A stretch of 62,934 bases of DNA, filler included, from Choristocarpus tenellus KU-1152 (Eukaryota; Protista; Phaeophyceae): NCBI GenBank assembly GCA_964200185.2. It is 10 parts of 10 records of this genome, joined end to end, with 100 filler letters (N's around TTAATTAATTAA, not from the genome) between each part and the next. Parts side by side here need not be neighbours in the genome. Positions count along the whole stretch, not along the records: positions 11,397 to 17,880 come from CAXNAD020008038.1; positions 17,981 to 21,066 come from CAXNAD020022423.1; positions 21,167 to 23,903 come from CAXNAD020025185.1; positions 24,004 to 34,582 come from CAXNAD020002848.1; 6 more parts are not named here. One strand, 5' to 3'. Positions 12,946 through 25,472 of this stretch are shown piece after piece. The notes below the pieces were generated by a model, which was given only the letters and a program-made list of their open reading frames with translations, did not search any database and was not told the DNA's origin. The translations under genes were made by a program, and so were the position numbers. Numbering within the stretch: the stretch's first letter is position 1; the number at the start of each line of letters is the position of its first letter.

Positions 12946-13719
12946 TTAAGTGCTTCTATCATAGTTTTCAAGCAAACCATGACCATTTGTTACGTTAGGT
13001 CCTTCTCCCGACTTGATGTCCTCCACTTGGTCTAACTCGACAGACTCCACCCCATCGAATTGTTTGCTTGACCCGTGAGAAAGGGTGTCGGTGTGTGCAG
13101 TCCCCTGGTCATCCTGGCCGCGCCGAAAAAGTGACCACACGGCATCTCCTACAAGAAAAACTCCGGTCAAGAGGATTTGCCAAATAACGAGAAGAGTAAA
13201 AAGACGAGCACACCATAAGAGGTCTTCCTTTCCCCTGCTTTCAAGAATGTGGAAGATCCATTGTGTGGCAACAAAATCACGCAGTCCAGAGGACTGCAGC
13301 ACCTTCCAGAAACACCATATTCCACCGACTCCCACCATCCCTCGCTTAACAATCCTGAATTTGGAGCTCTCCTCCCCTCTTGTACGAAGGAAGGTTGCAA
13401 GAACAATGCAGGCTATACGCGCGGCGAAGTACGCTGAGACTGCGTAGCCAAATACAATAACAAATCCTCGTTCCAGGCTTTGATCAGGATATACAGGGTG
13501 GAATCCATAGTGGTAGTAGAGACCTCCTGTGGCCAGCAATACCAAGGACAAAAACAGGAACTCCGTACCCCATTGTTCCACCTGGAAATGTATTCGGGGA
13601 GTTGTTGGGTAAGTTGGGGAGCCAGTAATCGGTGTTCGTTCTTCAACTGTCAGTCCGGGGTAGGAATTGATACACGATGAAGAGAAAGCATCGAATCCAT
13701 GACCCCTACCAATCATCAA
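12946..13719 (-). CDS. Hypothetical multi-pass membrane protein (possibly a terminal exon)
   Basis: 257-codon ORF with about 4 hydrophobic segments and an acidic C-tail. No family recognised; true start uncertain. Confidence 0.5.
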   Translation of the reverse strand: MMIGRGHGFDAFSSSCINSYPGLTVEERTPITGSPTYPTTPRIHFQVEQWGTEFLFLSLVLLATGGLYYHYGFHPVYPDQSLERGFVIVFGYAVSAYFAARIACIVLATFLRTRGEESSKFRIVKRGMVGVGGIWCFWKVLQSSGLRDFVATQWIFHILESRGKEDLLWCARLFTLLVIWQILLTGVFLVGDAVWSLFRRGQDDQGTAHTDTLSHGSSKQFDGVESVELDQVEDIKSGEGPNVTNGHGLLENYDRST

Positions 13720-14197
13720 GCAGGAGTAACGGATGGGCGTGGTTTGATCCTATGATAAGCGCATTCAATAAAATGTCTGAGGACATGAACATCGACTTGC
13801 AAGGTATGCATGCAGTCCTTAGTATGATTAGATGGTTACCAACGTATTCTAACTAGAAGTATCTCCCCAAGGTCTGGCACCGTACATCCACCACAAGGAA
13901 TTTAGAGTCATTGTACAGGTCGTTACGCAATCCAAGCAACAGTAACGAGTTATCGAATCTGGAAGGGATTTTATCCCTTCTACCACCCCTTCACCTTTGA
14001 GCGCAACATAGCAAGGGACAACTGGGAAGAAAATCACCCAAAGTTGTCTTTACATTACATCCAGAGTACTGAAGAAATAGTAGTGGGAGAGGATATGTGT
14101 TGTGAAAGATGTAAACGTAAGCCGTTAACGGCATTTTGGGGAGAGCCAGCTTCTTCTGGCATGGTATAGTTAGAGTCGACGAAGGTAGTTTGAGTAG

Positions 14198-16396
14198 ATG
14201 CAGTTGATAGTACGGAGATTGCAACCCAATCCAAGATGGGCCTTCAAAAGAAAGCGAGGTGACCTGGCATCCGCACTCTCGTCTCTCAGTGCAAATTATA
14301 CATTCGGCGCGGTTCGAGACAGCGATGTAGACTTCTTCAGGACGGTCCTTGGGTCGAGTGGTGTTGTCACTGATGTAGAGGACTTGCGTCCCTACAATGT
14401 CGACTGGATGGGAAAGTATCGTGGGAAATCGCCTATAGCACTGCTGCCAAAGACGACGGGGCAGGTATCTCGCATATTGAGACATTGTAATGAGGAAAAG
14501 CTGGCGGTTGTGCCCCAAGGTGGGAACACTGGACTAGTTGGCGGAAGTGTTCCATTGGGTGGCGAGGTGGTGTTGTCAACATCTCGGATTAATAGCATCA
14601 TCTCCTTCGAACCTCTCTCGGGGGTGTTAGTCTGTGAGGTGAGAACAACATGTAGCGACATGTAAGTTGAAACACAGTAGTGTGGCGAGATGTGCAGGCT
14701 TGCCAGGTTGTGTCAACTGTGAAGTTGCATCTGGTAGGTCAGGGTATATTGCCCCTTTCCTGCCAAGAGGTAATCTTGGGTTCTGGGTGAAATTCTTAGT
14801 TAATATATCAAAGGATAACTTGGAGATTCGCGACTGGAGCGCCATGGTGCTTTTAGTTTGGTATTTGAAATGTACAGAGAGTTGAGTTGTGGTTTACTTT
14901 AAGCAACATAGTCATTTTATGCTGCTTTTCTCCTGTGGGGTGTTGCGAGTGCAATGAAGTTTGGCAGAGCAAAAAAAATGGTCGAATCGCAAGATGAAAC
15001 ATTGTTGCTAATTCAAATGGACGTTGACCCTTCTCAAAAATATGACGCGTAGGCAGGATGCATATTAGAAAATCTTGACGCCTATCTTGCGGAACAAGGC
15101 TACGCTATGCCCCTGGACCTCGGAGCCAAGGGCTCCTGCCAGATTGGCGGCAATATCTCGACAAATGCGGGTGGCCTTCGACTCATCCGCTACGGATCCT
15201 TGCACGGGTCTATCCTTGGGCTTGAGGCAGTACTTGCCAACGGGACTGTGCTTGATCTTCTCTCAACAGCTCGCAAGAATAACACGGGATATGACTTGAA
15301 GCAGCTGTTTATTGGGGCGGAAGGAACACTGGGGATTGTGACGCGATGTGCTATCAGTGTGCCCCAACGATCTCCAGCTGTAAATGTAGCTCTGCTTGCT
15401 TGTTGTTCATTCGACGAAGTTGGTGAATTGCTTGTCCAGGCCAGGATGCGACTTGGAGAGATACTATCTGCGGTGGAGGTTATGGATGCACACACTGTGC
15501 AGCTTACTCTAACCAAGTGCAAAGAAGTGCGATCCCCATTGGCTGCCACTCATGCATTTTACGTCCTGGTGGAGACTTCAGGCAGCAACATGGCCCACGA
15601 TACAGAAAAGCTTGATGCATTCCTAGAAGATGCGATGGAAAAGGTTCGTGTTTTGTGGACAGTGTGCTGTGGTCGTTGACTCTAAGCGTGTATGTATTGC
15701 GGCAGCTCAAGTTCAAGTAAAACATTTCACAAGGTGTTTCTTCTGTTCAATTCAGACTTTTTGGTTACCGAATGTGCTTGATCTGAAGCTAGAATTTGAT
15801 ACATTTTTTGTTCTCAAATCATACCTGGAAGCAAAGCACAAATAGGTAGAAGCTCACGGATTGACAAAACTTGACTGTTTATATGCTATGCCCTCTTCCC
15901 TCTTCCTGTTCTGTAGGGTACAGTTGTGGATGGGGTGGTGGCGCAGGACCTTGCCCAGGCCCAGTCCATGTGGAGCCTCAGAGAGCATGCTCCTGTTGCT
16001 GTGAACCTCCATGGTCATACTTACAAGTATGACGTCTCAGTGCCTATTGCTGAATTTTATACCCTTGCTGAAGAAACTCGCCAACGTGTCAAGGACTTTC
16101 CCCAAGCTGAGGTTGTGGCGTATGGACATTTGGGTGATGGAAATCTGCATCTGAATATAATGACACCTACACGAAATGATCAGGTTTTGGCGGCCCTAGA
16201 GCCCTTTGTGTTTGAATGGGTAGTTGCAAGGGGGGGCAGCATAAGTGCAGAGCATGGAGTGGGGCAACACAAACGAGAATTCCTTGGGCTGCAGCAGACT
16301 GTGCCTGTACTTGCTGCTATGGGGGCTATTAAGAATGTTCTTGATCCAAATGGTATTATGAATCCATTCAAGGTTCTTCCAGATAGTAAAGTATAG
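14198..16396 (+). CDS. D2HGDH: D-2-hydroxyglutarate dehydrogenase, FAD-linked oxidase (likely mitochondrial), ~503 aa
   Basis: Exons 14198-14638, 15053-15643, 15917-16396 join in frame at GT-AG sites. Motifs YNVDWMGKYRG, VVPQGGNTGLVGGSVP, PLDLGAKGSCQIGGNISTNAGG, RKNNTGYDLKQLFIGAEGTLG, YGHLGDGNLHLN, GSISAEHGVG, DPNGIMNPFK. Basic N-terminal presequence. Confidence 0.96.
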
Positions 16397-17980
16397 GATT
16401 AACGGTATGGTCAAAGAGGTCATGGTGGAGGATAGCATACATATATGACGTGATGTTTTTCTCTTTTTTTAAAGGAAAATTTGTGAAAAATTTATGCTTG
16501 TACTGCAGTGTTTGATCAGATGGGGTCACTGGTTGGAGGGAGGGGATGGCAGTATATTATGTGGTTGTTGTAGCAATGGACGGAGTTACTGAAGTAGGAG
16601 TTACTGTCATCCATTTCCTATCGCCCTTCAACCACCACTATTTTACCTCATCAGGAAAAAGTCGATTTCCCTTGTTAGTTTGGAGAGTCCTCAGGTATAA
16701 ATCTGGCATCGTTCAAGTGCTGTTGCGTTGCTTATCTACACTGTACCTTAGCCCTCAGTTATCCATCGAGTGAAAGGTGTGTGTGACAGTTTGCAAGGTG
16801 TCACAGATCATTTATTGTTACGCAAGTAGTCCTGGTCAAGCCAAGATAGTCATACCATGGCCTCTATGTGAGGTACTCAACTTACAATCACAAAGGCTTG
16901 AGCTCTTCCAAGATGCACCTGCCATATTTGTTTGATGAATGATCAGCTGATGCCTGGGGGTACTGACAGGGATGTTCTTGGAGTGGGCACAACAAATGGA
17001 ACGGTAGTGAAAGGGACCTCTCACATCTACACTGAGCAAAGTAGGTGTTTCCCGCTACTTGAACTGCTGTTGTCTCACAGTATACGGGTGTATTATGCTG
17101 AACAGGTGCATGCTACAACAAGACAAGGAATGTATAGAGCAGTCGTTGTAATGAATAGACATACAGTCTGTGCCTGAGCAGGTTAAATTCACTCAACACG
17201 GATACGACGATAGTTGGCAAAATCACTACCCTGGAGTAGATTAGTTTCTGAGTGTATAGTGAAGCATCTTCATGAAAGGCCCATTCCTGATGGAGTGTTG
17301 AACGGTGGACTCTCCTTGGATTTTGAAGAGAGGTGTTGAGATTTCAATGTTGGAGAGTGTTCATCAACAACTTTACAAAAGTCCTCTACTAAGGAATCGA
17401 GACTCGTGTGTGAAATGGTTGCCGAATCTGGGTCACAGTGATAAAAAATTGAAATCTTTTGTGGAGAATTGATTTTTCAAAGGTAGTGTTGACCAGTGCT
17501 TCAGAATACAAACACAAGATACTTCTGTGATCAACAATTTGATAGCTTCCAACAAACTCCGCATGTTCATTGTGTAAGAATGTTAGGACATGGGTACCCA
17601 ATAGGTCACCAACTTCTTCAACGTTGGCAGGACTATACCTAAGATGGTAGCCTGGTTGCTTTAGTTCTTTTGAAGATTGTCCCAGACTGTAGAGGTTTTG
17701 TGAGCATTCCAGTCCGTACTGTGGCCTCCATGGACAAGCAATCATGAATGTTCATTGTCGATGTAACAACCAATGCATTAGGATCAGTAGCCGTAGAAAA
17801 AATGATCATACGTACAGCTTGATGAATCCAATGTTGCAAAAAAACCCTCGACTATCCACCAAGAATAGGGATGCCCCCCCNNNNNNNNNNNNNNNNNNNN
17901 NNNNNNNNNNNNNNNNNNNNNNNNTTAATTAATTAANNNNNNNNNNNNNNNNNNNNNNNNNNNNNNNNNNNNNNNNNNNN

Positions 17981-18024
17981 GGACAAACAGGGAAAAACTC
18001 GTACCCTCTAAGATACTTTCACTC
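17981..18024 (-). mobile_element. MITE family A terminus (contig start)
   Basis: GGACAAACAGGGAAAAACTCGTACCCTCTAAGATACTTTCACTC. Confidence 0.9.
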
Positions 18025-18039
18025 ACCCCCCCCCCCTAC

Positions 18040-18800
18040 CATGTGAGTAGCCAGCTCATCCAGGAAGCATTCCGCTTGCTTGCCGAGACCCCAAAACTTT
18101 CCACTGCGAAGGTGTTGAGGTTATAACTACGAGGATGAAAAGAGCCCTCGTAGCGGGTGCGCTTTCGCACCTTGGCTGCTGCGTCAGCTACACCATTGGT
18201 GGTGAATGAGTGGGTTAGGTGGGAGGTTGCCTGTTACCTCTGCAAAGGTGACGTCTAGCAGAAGGACTTTGTCCCTGTAGGGGGCTGTTCCAGCGTCCGC
18301 AGTCAGTGCCCCTGCATGGAACACGTGATCCACCCGGAGATTCCTGTCAACTGTGAAAGGGCTGCCGTCCTCCATAGTGTAAGGGACACCCATCCCCTTG
18401 CATTGTTGGTGCAGGCGTTTCACCATTGGAGTGTGCTGTCGTACCTGTCCCCCTGCCCTGGGGCCAGGTACAGGCATGTCTGGTATCAACATTTTGCCTC
18501 CTGCACCCTGCCACTAGACACCTGTTGGAGAACCTCCTCCCTCCCTAGGCATCTGCTGACTGTGAGCTTAAATTCCAGAGGGGGGATCTGGCATGCTGGT
18601 TCCAGAGTTTGAGTCGAGACCCACATGTTTGCCCCTTGTCCACACTGGTTCTGGTGGTGCGCTAGGGTGAATGAGGAGCTTTCCCTCCTTTCCTTGGTGT
18701 GCCTCGCTTGGAAGGCCGGCCAGTTGTGTCCTGAAGGATTCAAACTGGATCTTGTTCAAGAAGCGTGTGATCTCATGTTGAGTCCTCCTTGTGATCCTGG
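18040..18800 (-). mobile_element. CRE/NeSL-type non-LTR retrotransposon remnant (C-terminal restriction-like endonuclease region)
   Basis: Frameshifted peptides IPPLEFKLTVSRCLG, GGQVRQH..GVPYTMEDGSPFT, LLLDVTFAE, FAVESFG, FLDELATH. Nucleotide match to 45587-45610, the upstream part of the (AAT)n-tailed repeat. Confidence 0.7.
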
Positions 18801-19029
18801 CGTCGTGAGTAGCTAGGATATGTCAAACCAAATATTTGAAATAGTTGAAAAAAAGGAAAATGATCAACCACCCTCCCTTCACCAAACTCGAGGTATACCT
18901 GGTATTGGCATGATGTTGATAATCCAGACTGTACACTTGTATATGGTTCATCTAACTGCTCAAGCGACGCTGCACGCTACATCTCTTCCATAGGAACTTA
19001 TTTATCTGACATAAGGGCTTAAACACTTT

Positions 19030-20869
19030 ATGGCGCCTGTGCCCTCAACCGCACTCTCCAATGGTGGAGCTTTACTAGAGGAAGTTGAGGGAAGTTTGTT
19101 GACGGAAGAGGAGGTGAGCCTCGATAACGCGAAGTCAATGTTTGGTGAGGCCGAAGTCCTCAAAGAGAGGGGCAACAAGGAATTTTTGAAGGGCAAGGCC
19201 TTGGTCAAGCACACGGCGGGAAAGAATTTTTTGTCAGATGCGTGCCTATGCTACGCAGAGGGACTCCAAAAAGTCGCAAGGGGCAAGGAGTGTTTGGATC
19301 GCTTGCAAAGATGCAGTGACGACGAATTTGACCAATCCCTGCATAACCAAGGATCGACTATAGAAATCGCCTTGTACCTAAATCTCGCTGCCTGCAACCT
19401 TCTCCTAAGTGAGTGGGATCCTGCCCTCGCCTGCTGCACGCAAGTATTGGGGTTGGTTGTGGAAGCTACCCCCGATTCGACTTCTGTGGAGGCATTAGAA
19501 GAGACTGGGGTCCCAGAAACGGGAAAGGTGACACCTGACAAGGTACTGAACGACATGGTAATTGATGATCAGCAAAAATTCGTAGCGGCAAAGGCACTCT
19601 ACCGAAGATCACAGGCATATGTTGGCAAGGGGAATGTGTTCGAAGCCAGGTCAGATCTCCTACACGCGCAGAAGCTAAAGTCGGGTGACGCCAACATCTG
19701 TGGCGAACTTCAGAAGGTGAACAATATCATCAAGAATGCTGAGGCTGCAGAGAACCTTAAACGGTCAGTGTACAGTACGCTTGTGGGGATTTTTTCAGGG
19801 TCTTGCAACCATTGAGGACCTGTGTACTTTGAAGAGTGTTTTGCCACTGATTGCATTTACGAGGTATGACCCCCCGTGTGCTGTTCCTCTCTAATAAACA
19901 GGGAGACGCTTGCAGGAAAAGAAAGGGCTAAAATTAGGATGCGGGAAAAATCGAAAAGTCAACTTGCCAAAGAAGTAGGGGAGGGCAATCCAGGTCCGGC
20001 AGATGGTATAGTGGCATGTGCTAGCCATGATTCCGTGGGGATCGAGAGGAGTGCGAACCGCCTTGAAGACTCCAAGGCATGGGAACTTGAAAGGTTGGGG
20101 AAAGACCGCCGAGAATTCAGTGAGAGCGAGGATGCCTTCTCAACAAAGAACGGTGGAATATGTCGAAATGGTCTCTACAAGTGGAACCAGTCAATCAGTG
20201 AGGTGTGCCCCTGGCTGGTTCCTGTGAACTTGAGAACGTGAAAAGGGCGGTCAGATGCCCTAACTAAGCCGTCCAGCATCAAATCACCTGTCTTGCGTAT
20301 AGTTGGGAAAACTGTATGGACATTTTCCTGTTTGCAAGAACTTACGTTTGATGTGTGTTTTTTTTGTACAAGTGCTGACTCCACTTCGCTGGATTCTCTC
20401 TTTTTCTTCTTTGACATCTGCTATCTGCACTACGTTGTGCGCTATCCAGGTTCAACTTGGCATTAAAATTCCGAAGGAAACTAATGCCAGGGATGTTGAT
20501 GTGACCTTTCGACGATTACACCTATCAGTGACTTTTGCTTGCGTTGCTGAGGGCGGGAAGGGCAGCTCGGCGAAGGTGACGGTTCTCTGTGGGGCTCTCA
20601 GCCGCCCTGTTCGGGCAGACGAGTGCCTATGGACAATGGAGTGCCCGGGCCAGTTGCATCTGTATCTATACAAGGAGCTTGGAGCCAATGTCACGACTGG
20701 ACAAGAGTGGTGGGAATGTGTGATGGACGGTGATCTGGCGATAGATGTGCAGAGCTGTGATGCAGAGGTTTGTGAGTATCCGGAACATATACGGAGGGGT
20801 GGGGCCAAGGCCCTTTGGGAGCATCATCAGAAGGCACCTGAGGAGCTCCAGGCAGAGCAGGATGCACAG
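19030..20869 (+). CDS. TPR-repeat + CS (p23/NudC-like) domain co-chaperone-like protein, 3'-incomplete
   Basis: Exons 19030-19763, 19902-20202, 20450-20869 with matching phases. TPR motifs AEVLKERGNKEFLKG, LYLNLAACNL, KALYRRSQAY. CS motifs YKWNQSISEV, GALSRPVRADECLWTME, WWECVMDGD. Contig ends in the next intron. Confidence 0.85.
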
Positions 20870-21011
20870 GTGGGTGCAGTCATGATGACTTGGTGTCAAT
20901 CAACCTCGCGCCTTTTCCCTCTGCCATAGTGGTTAATCTTGTCTGCTTGTTGAGCTGGGGTGGTGGCTGCATGTCTTTCCCCCTGAAATAACAACAACAT
21001 GGGTGTCACCC

Positions 21012-21048
<37 letters not shown>

Positions 21049-21660
21049 CCCCCCCCCCCCCCCCCCNNNNNNNNNNNNNNNNNNNNNNNNNNNNNNNNNN
21101 NNNNNNNNNNTTAATTAATTAANNNNNNNNNNNNNNNNNNNNNNNNNNNNNNNNNNNNNNNNNNNNCGTCTTGCCCGGTGATTCTCTTCGCCACCCTTGC
21201 CTGAGTGAACCACGCCGCCACAGAATCACACGATTCACATATGTAGTGATTTATATGGAGCGGTTGTCCACCCTCAACTTGTGACGAAGAAAGGTCTCAT
21301 AGTTCATATCTAATACATCGAAATCATGTTCTATGTACCCAGACATGTTTTATTATCTCACCCCTGATAAGGTGAAGCAGCACTGATTTGGTGGCAACCA
21401 AATCAATCTTAGTTATAAGCACTAAGTTGTGAGGCCTCGCGAAAAGGTTTTTTACTCTGCATTTTGCAAACATGGAGATATTTTGTTGACACAACTGTCT
21501 TGCAAGACAGTATTACCTTGCTGAGAGACTTCCTTTTTCTTTCAATGGTCAAGTCATCTTTTTTTTCTGTGCACACACTTCATTTCCGAATGACATATGT
21601 GTTGTCTTGATACACATATCAAATCACATAGGGGGGGGGAGGGCGATGTGAGAGACATCT

Positions 21661-21921
21661 GAGTGAAAGTATCTTAGAGGCTACAAGTTTTGCCTGTTTG
21701 TTCATTTGGGGTTTGACTTCCCTTAAGGTTTTTATGACATTTTCTCACTCCAAGATATTGTGTAGTAGGTAAAATGTATACGTTATTAAAATGTGCGTCC
21801 GGAACAAGGATATTGACACCTCCTAACTAACACGATAGCCAAAATTACATCAAAATCGCAACATTGGATGGATTTTGGCCCCCAAATGGACGCGGCTCTA
21901 CCCTGTAAGATATTTGGACCC
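21661..21921 (+). mobile_element. MITE family A, older full-length copy
   Basis: Homologous along its length to 3591-3848. Degenerate right TIR and TSD (ATCT/ATTC). Confidence 0.9.
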
Positions 21922-22289
21922 ATTCTTCCAACTAAGTATATACCTTTAAGGCGACCTATTTTCCAGATCTGTTGTTCATATGACATCTGTTTTTGCGTGT
22001 TGAAGTTAACATCTGCTTGAAGTAAATAGCGGGTGGTTTGAGGGGACCTTGCAACCCCCGCTCATTCACTTTTCACTTGTTCACTCTTTCTTGAGTAATC
22101 TTCTGAGGGATTGCTCTCCCTCTTGCCATGTCTCTCTCCATGTTCTTGCCTCCTGTGGGTCTTTGCGTTCCCTTTCGATCTGAAGAACCTGCTGTCCTGT
22201 TTCCATTTGTTTCGCAAAAATCTCCTTTTAAATAGGTTCTGCGATGATATGATATATTTGCCTAAGGCAAATAGTCTCTGCTACAATGC

Positions 22290-22593
22290 AGGTGGCCCTG
22301 TCTAGACGTGTCATGCGTTTTGAGCTGGAGACAACAAGGAGACGGGCAAGGAGAGACTTGTTAGATTCTTGAGACGCTTCCCTAGCTACTCACCCTGGGG
22401 TGCAGGAATAAGGTAGGTTGGAGGCACAGGAAGGCAGTGGTACAGCATAGCTGGTAGTAAATTTGCAAACAGATTGGTGTTTTTCACATTTATGATAACT
22501 GATACTTTTTAAAGGATTTTTCTGACATGTGAATAATTTTCATTGATTTTTCCCCTGACACATCTGCAAAATGTCAAAGAGCATAATAATAAT
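22290..22593 (+). mobile_element. 5'-truncated 3' end of a CRE-like LINE with (AAT)n tail
   Basis: Aligns with 45710-46013. Ends CCCCTGACACATCTGCAAAATGTCA..GCATAATAATAAT. Confidence 0.75.
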
Positions 22594-23848
22594 ATAGGAG
22601 GTGATGGAGGAAGGCGATGACGGTGAACGAGACAGGCGGGGGGGCAAGGAACTAGTGTAAGTGGAGCGTATAACTCTGCTTCGGGAATAGAAAAACAGGT
22701 TCCGACTTCGTAGAATGGAGAAGGATGGACGGAGAACGGAATGGGCTCACACGAGGATGAGCTTGTGGAGGTGATCGAGGATGGGGATGGCGGCCCACGA
22801 GATAGACACGAACGGGCTAGGGATGAATATAAGCAGAGCGCACTACTCTTCTTCGGGAATAGGTGGACAGGTCTCGTTTTTGCAGGATAGCGAAGGTTGG
22901 ACGGAAAACTGAATGGGCACACAGGGGGATGGGGCTGGAGAGGTGGTAGAGGATTACGACAATGGGTCGCAGGGAGAGGGGGCCGCTGCTCCATAACAAC
23001 GACAAGGAGGAAACAGGAGAGACGGTAATAAGAGGTATTGCTGGGATACAACGGCCAGCCTCCCCCGCTGATGGCCCCAACTCACGACTACCTCAGTAAC
23101 CACGTCAGCTCACACCGAAACACTGTGCGATCTGCTTTTCCCAGATACAACGGCCAGTACTCCCTTTCTCCTGCACACACTCACTTGATCTAGACTGTGC
23201 CTCGGCTCTATACCTCCGCGCCCGGCCCCTGCATCCCATCCCATGCCCCACCTGGCACCCCCGCCAGCCCAGAACACTACTACACTGCCATGGAGAGGAA
23301 TGCCGTGCTGGAATCCATCCGCTCACAATCTTCCTCCATCCTTTTTGCTGTCCCACCATTCCGCCTACTCTCCATCCCCCCCCCTCACCCCCCAGCCCCT
23401 CCCCCTTCGTTACTTCCCTACCCAAGCTGCTTAGAGCCTCTTCCCCCAGACCACCAGGGCACCCTCCCTCGTGGGTGTTTGCTCCACCTCAGCCGCATGG
23501 TTAGCCTCTGCGAAGACGCCAACCACCCTCGCACATGCCCCCACTGTGGAACACACACCTACCCATTCCCAAGCTTTTCAATCGCACTTACACCACCCTC
23601 ACCAGCCAAAGACACCCTCGTGGTGGGCTAATAGCCCGTCTCAATAACGCCACTGCAGCCCAAATCCACCTCTTTTCACCACACAACATCCCAGGCCAAA
23701 GCCCACACCCCACCTACCCCACTCCACAGGTCGGAGCCCTCCCTACCCCCACACCCCAACCCACCTCACCCTCTCCTCCACTTCAACTCATCTCACTACC
23801 CCTTCCACCTCAGTCACCACCACCACAACAACAACCCACCCCACCCCG

Positions 23849-23903
<55 letters not shown>

Positions 23904-24024
23904 NNNNNNNNNNNNNNNNNNNNNNNNNNNNNNNNNNNNNNNNNNNNTTAATTAATTAANNNNNNNNNNNNNNNNNNNNNNNNNNNNNNNNNNNNNNNNN
24001 NNNCCGGTGTTCGTTTTTGACCCC

Positions 24025-24075
24025 GACTCAAAGTATCTAGGGGGGGTGGCGGCTGTTCATTTGGGGTCAATTTTT
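24025..24075 (+). mobile_element. MITE family B terminus
   Basis: GACTCAAAGTATCTAGGGGGGGTGGCGGCTGTTCATTTGGGG. Other termini at 52745-52763, 58898-58916 and 62863-62934. Confidence 0.8.
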
Positions 24076-24172
24076 CCTTTTTAGCTTTACAGGTTATTGC
24101 TGTATGCCATACACTGTTACACTGATTGAGGATATTTTTCAGGAATGCAGGATTCCAGTGGAGTTTTTTTTT

Positions 24173-24480
24173 TTAGATTGGACTGTGGAATCTCTTCATC
24201 AGACCAATCCCACAAATAGTGGATATCTCTTCATCATTCAGAGATGTCAAACACCACAGATTCTCTTCAATATCACATGTTGACATTCTGAGGATCTCTT
24301 TCTCACGAGATTCTCCCCACTCTGGAATACTCTGCAGTTCTCTCCATTTCTTGCACTTGTCAAACCTTAACCTTGCCCTCTCAGTTACGGTTCGTCTTGG
24401 CCTGTCTTGCCTGGTGATCCTCTTCACCACCCTTGCCTGAGGGAACCATTCCGCCACAGAATAATATGATTTACAATCTA
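24173..24480 (-). pseudogene. Repeated-element fragment encoding a degenerate CW-type zinc finger
   Basis: RLRFDKCKKWREL..STCDIEENLWC; two single-base reversions restore WLRCDKCKKWR. 24400-24480 is homologous to 21167-21240 on another contig. Confidence 0.45.
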
Positions 24481-25472
24481 CAATCTTAAATCCCAACACC
24501 TGCCTTAAAGTGGACATGCTGGCCCATGCTGAATAAGCCCAACTTTAAAGTAAAGGCATGACATGTTGGCTTCACACAGCCTAGCCTTAAAGTGGGCCAC
24601 CAGCTGTTGTACGGTCAACAGAGATTAAGGGATCAGGCTCAATGAGAAACCGAAAAGATTGAGATGAATAGGAATTTGAGGGTTGTGCAGAACTAGTTGT
24701 GAGATTACCCACAGAATACGTTGAGCAGTGCCCCGGTCTCTGATCAAGTCAAGATATTGAGATACCACTGCACCACTTGGGCAATCAGGTGGACAGATGA
24801 ATGCTCCACGGGTACAGTGGTATCTCAACATCTCGATAACTCCCACAACACAGACTTAGACCAAGGGTATGTTGTCTCACATAAGATTGACTGTAACAAT
24901 AACCTAGCAGCACAGAAAATAAAAATTGGAATAGATCAGTTCATCTTTGCAGAACGTACGGGAGGGCGAAGCACCTCAGAAAACAAAGAAAATAGTATGA
25001 CTGGTGTCCCCCCCTCCACCTCCACACCATTTGAGATATCTCACTAAAATGAACTAAACAACATGACAGCCATTTACAAGGTTACGTTTGGTATTCTGCA
25101 CTTGGTTCCCACCACACCCAATACTTTAAATACACACAGACACGTTTTGGAAAACAGACTTGATCCTGACAACATATGTAGGAATGACACTAGAGGAAAA
25201 AAACACAGCACAGTTATGGCATTATGTATGTAGACTTCAGGTAGGCATTCCGCATGCAGCTCCAGTATATGCAAGAGAGTAAGAGAGATTAGGGGGATAT
25301 AGTACAATTAATTACAATATGCAGAATCTGTCTCGTGAGTCAGATCAAAGCTCATCAGTCAAGGTCCAAGTACCCCTGTACACACACCTGCCAGAACTTG
25401 AAACCTTTAGACATGTGTGCAAGCCGCATATTGGCCACACCCCTTTTTCCTAGAGGGAGAAAGAATAGAGCA

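Noticed and set aside
16800-17830. Possible degraded integrase-like coding remnant (minus strand)
   Set aside because: No intact diagnostic motif; many stops in all frames.
23535-23903. Proline-rich extensin-like ORF
   Set aside because: Produced by C-rich low complexity and a terminal poly-C run.
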